DNA of 64,000 nt. Source: Candidatus Bathyarchaeota archaeon (GTDB taxonomy: Archaea > Thermoproteota > Bathyarchaeia > 40CM-2-53-6). A program made the translations under genes and the position numbers. The stretch spans positions 535 through 64,534 of the forward strand of contig CAVWAQ010000002.1 in assembly GCA_963753065.1 (NCBI GenBank), read 5' to 3'. The notes under the pieces are model-generated. The model saw nothing but the letters and a program-made list of their open reading frames with translations. It ran no database searches and was not told the DNA's origin. Shown in pieces: positions 44,159-52,918 of the stretch (position 1 is its first letter; each line of letters opens with the position of its first letter).

Positions 44159-45111
44159 AGAAGAGCTGTGGAGCTGACGGCTCTGCTTCTTATGACCGAC
44201 GAAGCCGTTCCGTCCTGATGGCGGTGTTACTGGTTCTCGTGGTGCTGCTGTCTCTGGGTTCGGGTCTCTATGCTGGCGCCTCGTTCTTCCCTCAGCAAGC
44301 GTCGAATGTCACGACCACGACAACCCTCTTCACTACGACGACCAGCCTGACTACATCGACTATCTGGTCTACTGTGACAAGTGTGGTTTACGGCGTCTGG
44401 ACGACGGTCCAGTATACGACTAGCACGAGCACGGTGACCGTCACCGGATTCGACACCTACACAAAGCTACTATTACACATGGACGGGACGGATGGTTCCC
44501 AGACCTTTGTTGATAGCTCTCCTCAAACGCACGTCGTCACCGTGAACGCGAATGCGCGAATCAGCACGGCCCAGTCGGAGTTCGGTGGCGCAAGCGGCCT
44601 CTTCGACGGTTCCTCTTCTCTCTCGACGCCGGACTCGCCGGACTGGTACTTCGGCACTGGCGATTTCACGATTGATTTTTGGGTCAGATTCAATGCGTTG
44701 CCTAGCAATGGAAACTCCATGTCCATGTTTGCTCAGACTGTTGATCTCAACAACTTGCAGGAGTTTGAGGTCAAGAACGTCGGTGGAACGTACGTTTGGA
44801 GATACGTGGTCAACTCCGGTGGTAACCAGATCATTGCGATCGAGAACAATTCGCCAGGGTTGGCTACTAACACTTGGTATCATGTTGCCCTGGTGAGAAG
44901 CGGAACCTCTTTCATGTTGTTTCAGGCAGGCACACAATGCGGTGGAACCGTAACGAATGCGAATGCGGTACCCGATTTCGCTTCGAATGCTCGTATCGGC
45001 GCGATGAGTACTACGGCTCGCTTTTTCAATGGTTGGCTTGATGAGTATCGCATTAGCAAGGGCGTTGCTCGATGGACAAGCAACTTCACGCCGCCCACTG
45101 CACCGTACTGA
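44155..45111 (+). CDS. N-terminally anchored surface protein with Thr-rich stalk and LamG/concanavalin-A-like lectin domain
   Basis: The TM is VLMAVLLVLVVLLSLGSGLYAG. LamG (Laminin_G_3-like) motifs are LLLHMDG..G...FVDSS, DFTIDFWVRF, WYHVALVRSG and FNGWLDEYRISKG. Confidence 0.8.
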   Translation: MKKSCGADGSASYDRRSRSVLMAVLLVLVVLLSLGSGLYAGASFFPQQASNVTTTTTLFTTTTSLTTSTIWSTVTSVVYGVWTTVQYTTSTSTVTVTGFDTYTKLLLHMDGTDGSQTFVDSSPQTHVVTVNANARISTAQSEFGGASGLFDGSSSLSTPDSPDWYFGTGDFTIDFWVRFNALPSNGNSMSMFAQTVDLNNLQEFEVKNVGGTYVWRYVVNSGGNQIIAIENNSPGLATNTWYHVALVRSGTSFMLFQAGTQCGGTVTNANAVPDFASNARIGAMSTTARFFNGWLDEYRISKGVARWTSNFTPPTAPY

Positions 45112-45639
45112 ACTTAGTGAGCTACCGCGGTCACCTCGAACTTACCTGGCGCTTCATTGCATTTGGCATACCGACTGATGATCAGTTCCCTTTTTGGATA
45201 GTCGAGAATAGGTGCGGAATTGGTGCGCACAGGCCCGGACCCTCCTAGGGTGGTATACCCATGACCCTCCACGCTCACTGGCGAAACGCACAGATGCAGA
45301 AACTCGCTGATGATTGACATGGCACTCCCGAGGGTGGCCCATCTTGGGCCAAGGTGAGACGATACGGGTTAGAATGGCGATCTCTGAGTGCGTGCGGGCG
45401 GCTTTGGCGGCCCATTTGAGCACGATGAAACCGCAAAACAATGGTGGGATACATCCGAGATTTGAGTACATGAGACAAATGTGCCAGTTACCCTAGTTCC
45501 GATCACGCCATCAAGGCTGTGGCGCGCCCTTTCTCTCGGATTGCAGGGGGGAGAGAATTTGGGGGGACTGGCACCTTCCACTGCCGCGTGTTCTCAATAG
45601 TTGCGATCGTCGCGCGTTTCTCCGTTCTATTCTCCCCAA

Positions 45640-46620
45640 CGCATGTGCAGGCAGCTGAGCACTTCCAGAATGAGCACTGTGAGGGCGATGAAATCACCCG
45701 GACCGTCGACCGACGCTGAAACCGCCTACCGCAAGCTAGAAGATCGCTATAGAGAGGCCCGGACGACCCAGGACGCTGACACCTTGCTCGAACGCCTCGG
45801 CTTCAAATGAAACCCTGAAGTCATAGCGGCCGGGAAAGTCGCTTACCGTGCGACGAGTCCGATCTACTTGGTGCCATTCCCTGACACCGCGCCCAGGCTG
45901 CCGAAACTGAGCCGTTGGGTACAAGCTCGGCGTTGGCTCAAAAGGCCGAGCGGTGAAGCATTGGCAGAAACTGACCCAGCTTGGGCTTGAGCACATATCC
46001 AATGCCGTCACCGTACCAGAAGAGGCCAGATACCAAGCCCTCAGGACGGAGGCCCTTTCCAAGATGGCGCCCTGCTCGCCACTGCGCGTGCTCCTTATTC
46101 CAACTACTACAACCTCGTGAACGTGGAGGAGATCTTCGCCTTCTGAAGGTCAATTGGGCAGGCTGCGCTGAAGTGGCTCGTGATATCTTCGCACACAAAC
46201 GGCGTGTTCTGGGTAACTCGGTATCCGCGATCGCGAAACGCCTCGACATGATGAGAAGTTAACCCGACATCTTCTGCATGAGCGCAGTCTTCATGGCAGG
46301 CTAGGTAATCATGAATCCTTTCAGACGTGGACTTCGCTAGAGCGTCCTCCGCCTCACTACTCGATGTCTAAAACTCAAGCCTGTTGCCGACACGTATGTC
46401 TTGGCGCATAGAGGGAGGGGCGTAGTGATGCGTGTCCTCACGTTGGCAAATCCTCAGACTTCGCACAACATGCAGGGAAGATCAAGTAGACTGCCCGTCG
46501 GGTCCTCCCTTTCCTCGTGTCCATCGAGTCAAGTATCAGTTCGTCGCCGAAGTTCCCATGCTCGTATCAGCCGAATACTATCGTGCTTATCGTCATCTCT
46601 GTCCGAAAGCACCACTCATC
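45640..46620 (+). pseudogene. Mosaic of decayed fragments homologous to the HAD gene (37361-38056), its downstream region, and the 3' end of the kinase gene (35228-36214)
   Basis: 45640-46000 parallels 37418-37770 (translated: STSRMSTVRAMKSPGPSTDAETAYRKLEDRYREARTTQDADTLLERLGFK vs SASRMSAVMAMKSAGLPIDVETAYRKLDEIAKERGPDDTRHFDTLLERLGLK). 46225-46300 parallels 35955-36030 (CGCCTCGACATG...CCCGACATCT). 46410-46470 parallels 38235-38290 (GGGCGTAGTGATGCG). Confidence 0.6.
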
Positions 46621-47239
46621 GTTTCTTACTCGCCATTTCGCAACTTGTGTCAGACCAGAAGAGCAGTTTGAATGTTAAGCGGTTCGGCATAGTCAAGTAC
46701 TCTATCGGTCTTGCACCTAGGAGTCTCTGTCTAAGATTGTGGGCGTTCAGAGCGTTTCGATATTGGATGATACTTCGAGTCGCTACCCTTCTGCATTCTT
46801 CAAGTATTACCTTGCGTATTCGTCGAGGAAAGTAGTAGATCGTACCTGAGCATAGCGCTATATCTGCGGATCTATCTCTAAGCGGTATGTTAGTGATTGA
46901 TCCCAGAAGTGGATACACCTGTATTCCGTTCTGTGTACGTAGATTCTTCTTCAAGCGTTTGAGCATGGCGAGTGAGGCATCTAGGGCCACCACAGCTTTG
47001 CTTTTCTGCGCTAGCGGAATTGTACGCCTTCCGTATCCGGCTGCGCAATCTACAATCGTTGTGGTTTCGTCAATGCCTGGGAACGTTGTTTCGTCAAACT
47101 GTGGGTGATCGCTGCTTACTCCTATTGCTTCTAGGTCTGAGCCAGCTGCCGCTCTCTGCTCCCAGTAGTCCCTTTGCTCCTTGATTGCTCTCATGGTTTT
47201 CATTAGACCAGCCTCAGAAACCTCGCGTGATCCGTCCAT
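46616..47239 (-). CDS. Class I SAM-dependent methyltransferase
   Basis: Motif I is IVDCAAGYGRRT, followed by the post-I acidic VVALDAS. Confidence 0.75.
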   Translation of the reverse strand: MDGSREVSEAGLMKTMRAIKEQRDYWEQRAAAGSDLEAIGVSSDHPQFDETTFPGIDETTTIVDCAAGYGRRTIPLAQKSKAVVALDASLAMLKRLKKNLRTQNGIQVYPLLGSITNIPLRDRSADIALCSGTIYYFPRRIRKVILEECRRVATRSIIQYRNALNAHNLRQRLLGARPIEYLTMPNRLTFKLLFWSDTSCEMASKKR

Positions 47240-47700
47240 TGATTGATAGCGGAATCACGTGGCGTGGAACAGGAAATGCTTTGAAACTGTATCGCTTCTT
47301 GAAGAAGGCAAGAGTTCGATCGTCTAACATAGTCGTAGATGAGCTTCGATGCTTTGTTTCGAATGACCCAAGGTGCAATTGCAGATGTCATAGCATCACT
47401 TGATGTCCTACCGAAGTCACTGCTTCGACTTATGAAGCTGTGCTGAAGGGGTCTGCTGCAGATGAATCGTTACATCCATCAACATTACAAGGCGCGCGAC
47501 GGTGAAGCGGGTTCTCGCGGGATCGCCTTCCCATTTTTGCGACCAACAACTTCCAAGTCGAAACTGTTGACGAACGGTAAGTCCATATCATCCACGATGA
47601 AAGGGATGCGTTTGGTCGCGTAATATGTCTTGATCATTGAATCGCCTGCGGTTCGTCGAACAAACGGTCTAGCGGAGTCATCGTCTTTGCGGCTTGAGGG
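47240..47700 (-). pseudogene. Decayed fragments of a second copy of the acyltransferase-like gene at 48634-49392
   Basis: 47411-47437 (GAAGTCACTGCTTCGACTTATGAAG) is identical to 48851-48875. The translated remnant ...IYDYVRRSNSCLL resembles MYDYLGDDSLGFF. Confidence 0.4.
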
Positions 47701-47719
47701 TCATGTGTACCGCCAGATC

Positions 47720-48646
47720 CTATGGCGATTGTATTGCTCGTGCCTCTTCTCTCTCGTTATCTAGAAAGGAGACGATTTTCTCCGTACGAGCCAGAGCCAG
47801 AGTTCGGATCCCTAATTGAGCCGCGACGATCAGCGGATGCAGCCGGCTCGAAAGAACCGTGTCTGCTGACGATAGAACGTGCAAGATTCTCTCCACGTCG
47901 CTTGTCACTATTTCGCATTCGTGAGCTTGCGTAACCTGCCTGATGGCTGGGATGTCCTCTGGGTCAAAACAGGAAATGAAGACGTGCCTCACTGTTCTCA
48001 ATTCGAGAATTGATTTTACCGAATCTAGCCCAGCGAGTGCTGGGGGGGAAATGGCCCAGGCAAAGATCGGTAGGTTTCCGCTCGTTTTCTGCCGCACATA
48101 GCTTCCAAGAGTTGCTAGATCGAACAGTACATCGCTCCTCACCTTCACGTCTGACAGGTATCGTTGGCTTCTCTTGTCTCGCACATAGATTCCACTGAAA
48201 AACATCCCTGCAAGCCTCAGTAGAACTTTCGACAATGTTCTTCGCGGCTTGCTGTCTACGCCGACGCCGAGAGCGATAACTGGCTTTCCGAAGAGAGCGG
48301 GTAGGAGAGGCAGGCCGGCATAGTAGAGAATGTTGAGCGGGAAGACATCATTCCACAACCCACCTCCGCCAACAATGATTACGCTTGCTTTTCTAAATGC
48401 CAGAAGTAGATGCACCCAATCCACGCAGAGAAGCCCTAGAACGCTGAACCGTGTGGCGTAGGGAACTTGATATTTCCGCCACTCGATCGCAGGCACATGA
48501 TGCGTCCGCATCGTATGGTCCGCATCATCTGATAGAATGAGAACCTCGCCAGACACCAGGTGCTTTAGCATTGAGTCAAGGATTAGCTCATCACCAAAAT
48601 TGTTATGCCCAAACCATCCTAGAATGACCGTGCTCACTGCAACCAC
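47720..48646 (-). CDS. Polysaccharide pyruvyl transferase (CsaB-like)
   Basis: The N-terminal motif is ILGWFGHNNFGDELILDSMLKHL, and the length is as expected (308 aa). Confidence 0.75.
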   Translation of the reverse strand: MVAVSTVILGWFGHNNFGDELILDSMLKHLVSGEVLILSDDADHTMRTHHVPAIEWRKYQVPYATRFSVLGLLCVDWVHLLLAFRKASVIIVGGGGLWNDVFPLNILYYAGLPLLPALFGKPVIALGVGVDSKPRRTLSKVLLRLAGMFFSGIYVRDKRSQRYLSDVKVRSDVLFDLATLGSYVRQKTSGNLPIFAWAISPPALAGLDSVKSILELRTVRHVFISCFDPEDIPAIRQVTQAHECEIVTSDVERILHVLSSADTVLSSRLHPLIVAAQLGIRTLALARTEKIVSFLDNEREEARAIQSP

Positions 48647-49392
48647 CGTCTGAAAAAACGAAGGACGAGGCTGCCTCTAATACTTAAGGGAACGGCGTAT
48701 CGCGGAATCGGGAGGGGGCAAAATCCGTGACGGCGCTTAAAGAATCCAAGACTGTCATCACCCAAGTAGTCGTACATGAGCAGCTGTATCTGATTCTGAG
48801 TCGCCCACTCAACGATTCCCGCAAGGAGTCGATCATTCGGTTTCTTATCGAAGTCACTGCTTCGACTTATGAAGGATGCCACAATAGCGAAGCCCTCGCT
48901 CATTGACGGTATCACTCTCGCTGCGCCGACAATCCTATCACCTACGAGGCCACGAAAGAAAACAGACTCGTTGCGCCTGACCATGATCCTTTCCAGTTCA
49001 GCGGCATCAATACTGTGAAACGGGAAAGGCCGTCCTTGTCGTTCTTCAATCTCCGCGTATATTGAGGCAATTGCATCTGTTCCATCATCAACGGTACACT
49101 GCTCAACGCTTGTTCTCGAAGTGCGGATTGCGTGTCGAACACGTTTGTCGAGGCTTCCGTACCAACAATCATACGAATCGGGCAGTCGGAGGACAGCTAG
49201 AATGTTCCGTTTCAGGATCGTGTCGTCGGATGTCTGCCGTTTCACCCAATTCCGTCGCCAGTACGTGAATATGTCCAAGCCTGAGAGGTCGGTTCCCTGA
49301 GGAACGCCGTCCAAGTCAGTGAAGTATTCTTCCGTGTGATTGATTGATCCTAGCACAATTCCGTGCTGCTTCCATCTTTCCATGTGGATCAT
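48634..49392 (-). CDS. GNAT-fold/FemAB-like acyltransferase (uncertain subfamily)
   Basis: The 252-aa ORF has a C-terminal half (FFRGLVGDRIVGAARVIPSMSEGFAIVASFISR...KPNDRLLAGIVEWA) resembling the FemAB/BioF2-like acetyltransferase_6 fold. This call is from pattern only. Confidence 0.5.
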   Translation of the reverse strand: MIHMERWKQHGIVLGSINHTEEYFTDLDGVPQGTDLSGLDIFTYWRRNWVKRQTSDDTILKRNILAVLRLPDSYDCWYGSLDKRVRHAIRTSRTSVEQCTVDDGTDAIASIYAEIEERQGRPFPFHSIDAAELERIMVRRNESVFFRGLVGDRIVGAARVIPSMSEGFAIVASFISRSSDFDKKPNDRLLAGIVEWATQNQIQLLMYDYLGDDSLGFFKRRHGFCPLPIPRYAVPLSIRGSLVLRFFRRWLQ

Positions 49393-50129
49393 TCGTCCCA
49401 GAAGGCTGATGAGGGAAGAATGAGCGTGTCCAACAAAGATCTGAAGTCTCTATACTTCACAGAGTAACGGAAGACTCCCGACCTCTTGTTTGCAGCGTAG
49501 ATAGCCGCCTTTGATAGTGGCCTCCAATGTCGAGCTTTCGCGCTATTCACGACTGCGACCTTGAAGCCATGTTCCCTTCCAACCCTGTCGGTGGACTCGT
49601 CCTCATCATATACCAATCCAAGCGGCGTTCGCCAAACCATTGCGTGAAAACCGCCAATCTGTTTTAGCTTGGCAACAACGTAGAATCTGGCAGCACCCCA
49701 AGGCGTCGTAGGGATGAGGCTGGCCTTGCGAACCCATTTCATGCTTGCCATGTCCCGCACTATTCCTCCACAGGAGTAGCAGTCAGAATGCGTCCGCATG
49801 TATCCTAGGCACGATGTCACATATCCTGATTCGAGCTCAACGTCCGCATCCAAACGTATCAGGTAATCCGTATCTGGAAACTTCTGGAGGGCAAGATTGA
49901 AGTTCTCATGTATCCAGCTACGGTTATTGACTCCAGGCACGATGTCTACACGAAAGTCTCCCGTGAGCGAACCTAACGTCAGTCGTGTTTCGTCATTGCT
50001 GCCGTCATCTATTAGGACTATTCGTTTGCAGGTGCGTTTCTCCTCTGGCGAAAGTGATACCAGGCCCCGGAGATAGTATCGCACATAATTCGCATCATTC
50101 TTGAAGCTCGTGAAGATTTGGTAGCTCAT
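49389..50129 (-). CDS. Family 2 glycosyltransferase
   Basis: RIVLIDDGSNDET and the DxD-like RLDADVE are present. Confidence 0.75.
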   Translation of the reverse strand: MSYQIFTSFKNDANYVRYYLRGLVSLSPEEKRTCKRIVLIDDGSNDETRLTLGSLTGDFRVDIVPGVNNRSWIHENFNLALQKFPDTDYLIRLDADVELESGYVTSCLGYMRTHSDCYSCGGIVRDMASMKWVRKASLIPTTPWGAARFYVVAKLKQIGGFHAMVWRTPLGLVYDEDESTDRVGREHGFKVAVVNSAKARHWRPLSKAAIYAANKRSGVFRYSVKYRDFRSLLDTLILPSSAFWDE

Positions 50130-50649
50130 TCAAGCACCTCAAGTAATACAATAGGAACTCAGGGTAATCACCGTGGAACACGATCCATCCGCCTGGTTTG
50201 GGCTTTACTTTGCCCTTCACATAGTCTTGGTCCCACCAGTAGTATTCTCTTGGAATATCGAGCGGGGGGTTCCACTTTGGGGCCACGCCATCTGATACCG
50301 GAACATGCCAGTGATCGTGAACCTGGAAACCCAGCGATTCGATCCGACTCTTCAGGTCTGGAAAGACCTTCTGCACCTCAACATGTATGCCCCATTTCGC
50401 CTTGACTCCTAGAAGTCTGTCCAAGTGTGCCAGAAGAAGACAGTAGTCGTAGTTCTCCCGGTAGCAGTTCTGAACAAACTTAAAATCACGTAAGAAACGA
50501 AACTTCCTTGATGCTGATAGCCAATAGAGGAGGAGCTGAAACATCCTCTTCAAGGCGTACTTGTATGATGGGTACGGGCTGTCAAAATCGTGGAGAACAC
50601 GCAACTGATTCTTTGACAAAAGCTCGTCTATATCTTGTCTGGGCACCAT
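50095..50649 (-). CDS. Uncharacterised protein, paralog of 56766-57437 (weak NodB/CE4-like motifs)
   Basis: LRVLHDFDSPYPSYKYALKR...HDHWH...WIVFHGDYPEFLLYYLRCLNE aligns with VRVLHDYDNPYPSGRWALER...RHWHR...WLVFHCDYPHLLPHYVRCLYE. Confidence 0.55.
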   Translation of the reverse strand: MVPRQDIDELLSKNQLRVLHDFDSPYPSYKYALKRMFQLLLYWLSASRKFRFLRDFKFVQNCYRENYDYCLLLAHLDRLLGVKAKWGIHVEVQKVFPDLKSRIESLGFQVHDHWHVPVSDGVAPKWNPPLDIPREYYWWDQDYVKGKVKPKPGGWIVFHGDYPEFLLYYLRCLNELPNLHELQE

Positions 50650-50660
50650 TCTTACTCATC

Positions 50661-51010
50661 CTACTTCCAAGGCAATAAAATGGTCATTAAGCTGTCGCTT
50701 CTTCCCGCTGCATGACCCCCAATCTGGCATTCTACTAGTGGAAATCCAAGGGCATGCATTAGTGCTTCAACATGGTATCCTGATGCGTCTTGGTGGAACT
50801 CAGCAACGGATCTTAGTTCGCCGAGCTCACCTTTTGCTGTGCGGAACTGGAGCATACCGAACTATCAGCCCAAGAGTGTCTGACAAGAAACCTGCTTCTG
50901 AGAAAAGCAAGCTCTCGCAACTCCTCGATGTCGTGCGACCAAGTGATTGAACGCCCTTGGTCCAGAGCCATTTTGACAGGAATAGGAAGGGAATCACAAC
51001 TCAGTTCTGC
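50661..51010 (-). pseudogene. Possible remnant of a methyltransferase-like gene
   Basis: ORF 50661-50855 (GELGELRSVAEFHQDASGYHVEALMHALGFPLVE) resembles the C-terminal part of class I methyltransferases. The upstream frames are interrupted. Support is weak. Confidence 0.25.
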
Positions 51011-51196
51011 AGCGGTTCGACCGAGGTTTCGGTCTCAGGAAATGAAGTGAGGGCCCCTCGTCTGGCGTGAACCGAGCGCGCAGGAATCCACGCGTAGTTT
51101 GGACGTGCTCACATGAAGGAAGCGTGCCGGCAGAGAATTCCCAGACGCCATCATTTATCAGTCAGTCTACATCAGAACACTCGGAGCGTGTCGCGA

Positions 51197-51700
51197 ATGA
51201 GGCTACAGAGCTTGGCAAGTGCGACTTGGTTGTTCCGCGCGTGGTACTACTTCAGGCAAGGCTACTCGACCTACTTCACATTCCTCCTCGGGTATCTTAC
51301 AACACTCGTGACTCTCTACTATCTGGCAATCAAGAACATGCCGACGTTGCTCGGTCTTTTTCCACACTTCGAATGGTTTGCAGTTGTTGCTACAGTACTA
51401 GGAGCACCCACATGTGTCTTGGTCGGCTGGGTACATATCAAGCGAAGTAGGCTGCTCACTAGCGAGCTAGACATAGCAGCTGAGTCCAATCCATATCAAT
51501 ACAAACTCCCGCCGGGGTACACAAGGGAGGCCTATATGCCTGCCGTCTTGGCCCAGCTCAAGATCCTGCGAAGACTTGCGGAATCGAGCGCGCTTCTGAG
51601 CGATTCAGAACGAGCAGAAATAGGTGATTTGGAGAAGAAACTGACAACCCTAGTAGAGGGTGGATACTTGGGGCTTCCAAGGAGAAGTCTGAATTTCTAG
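51197..51700 (+). CDS. Membrane protein (hypothetical)
   Basis: This is the ORF 51113-51700. The internal ATG at 51197 precedes three hydrophobic segments, and the C-terminus is soluble and helical. Confidence 0.45.
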   Translation: MRLQSLASATWLFRAWYYFRQGYSTYFTFLLGYLTTLVTLYYLAIKNMPTLLGLFPHFEWFAVVATVLGAPTCVLVGWVHIKRSRLLTSELDIAAESNPYQYKLPPGYTREAYMPAVLAQLKILRRLAESSALLSDSERAEIGDLEKKLTTLVEGGYLGLPRRSLNF

Positions 51701-51981
51701 CAAGCCATAGATCGTCGAACCTTGATGAAGCAGCCCGTGTTATTCTCCAAATCAATTTCCTTTCACGTCCGAATCAAGTCTATTCATACTCAGCACAGTA
51801 CTCCTCATAGTCTGCGAGAGGGGCAGACGGTTTTGGCAAAAGCACCACAAGTCGCACATACTAGACCAATAGTACCATCCTATCACGGGAACGCTGATGA
51901 TCCGTAGCAGGAAGGTCACTTGCGTCGAGTAGCCGGCTCTGAACAGTGCCGCAGTCTAGGTGCATGTGCCAAATGACTTCG

Positions 51982-52905
51982 TCAAGGTCGTCTTCTGAGT
52001 ACTCTCTCCGTGATTCGCGTCAAGACTAGTCGCATGGTGTTCACCATTCTAATGTGCTGAGATTCTCGGATGAACTCTCGTAGGTCACTATCAAAGGGCT
52101 TTGAGTAGTCGCTAGTTGGCAAGAAGCCGGAGAGATATCCTGCAAGCATCTTAAGGTTCGCAGATGGATCCAACGGTTCACTTCTAGAGAGCATGTTCTT
52201 TGCCAGTCTGGCGAGCACGAAGAGTACATCGTATCCTAGGGTTTGCATGCCTCGTCCCCAGTTGAATGTCTGCGTCCCAGAATACGCTCTGGCGTGCGTG
52301 TAGTGCAGCTCTCTCACAGCCAATACTCGATAGCCTATCTGCATCGCCTTGTACAGCAGCCATGCTTCCCACCCGTATCTTTCTGGGTATCTACCTCCGA
52401 TTGTCTTCATGAAACACTCGCGGACAACGCGCCCTGCGCCTTGGGGGAGTCTCATCATATCAGGCGACGCTTTCATATTCCAGCCGCCTGATGCGATGAC
52501 TAGGGCGGGATCAGAATCCATGATCTTGAGCAATTCTGCGACATAGTCGCTCGGATAGATACAATCGTCTCCTGTGATCATGCAGTATTCGGGGATTCCT
52601 ATGTCCTCTGCTCTAGCATAGGCCATGTTGATCAGTCGAGGAGCTCTAAGGATGTTTCTTGTTTTACTCTCAGTCCTAACTATGGCAACCTTACTGCAAT
52701 TTCTGAGTATGGTCGGAGTACTGTCATTGGAACCATCATCTACTGCAACGATGAATTCTGCTTCCTTGGTTTGTTTCATGATCGATTCTAGCGTTTTACT
52801 CAGGGTTGCGGCGCCGTCTCGCGTATACAAGCAGATCCAGTATCGGCCGTTCTGGGTGTCGCGTGAATTGTGACCTGTAGCGTTAGACATGGCCAAGATT
52901 CTCAC
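51982..52905 (-). CDS. Family 2 glycosyltransferase
   Basis: FIVAVDDGSNDST and ITGDDCIYPSDY are present. It is a paralog of 54843-55826. Confidence 0.8.
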   Translation of the reverse strand: MRILAMSNATGHNSRDTQNGRYWICLYTRDGAATLSKTLESIMKQTKEAEFIVAVDDGSNDSTPTILRNCSKVAIVRTESKTRNILRAPRLINMAYARAEDIGIPEYCMITGDDCIYPSDYVAELLKIMDSDPALVIASGGWNMKASPDMMRLPQGAGRVVRECFMKTIGGRYPERYGWEAWLLYKAMQIGYRVLAVRELHYTHARAYSGTQTFNWGRGMQTLGYDVLFVLARLAKNMLSRSEPLDPSANLKMLAGYLSGFLPTSDYSKPFDSDLREFIRESQHIRMVNTMRLVLTRITERVLRRRP

Positions 52906-52918
52906 GAGCTATCCTCTG

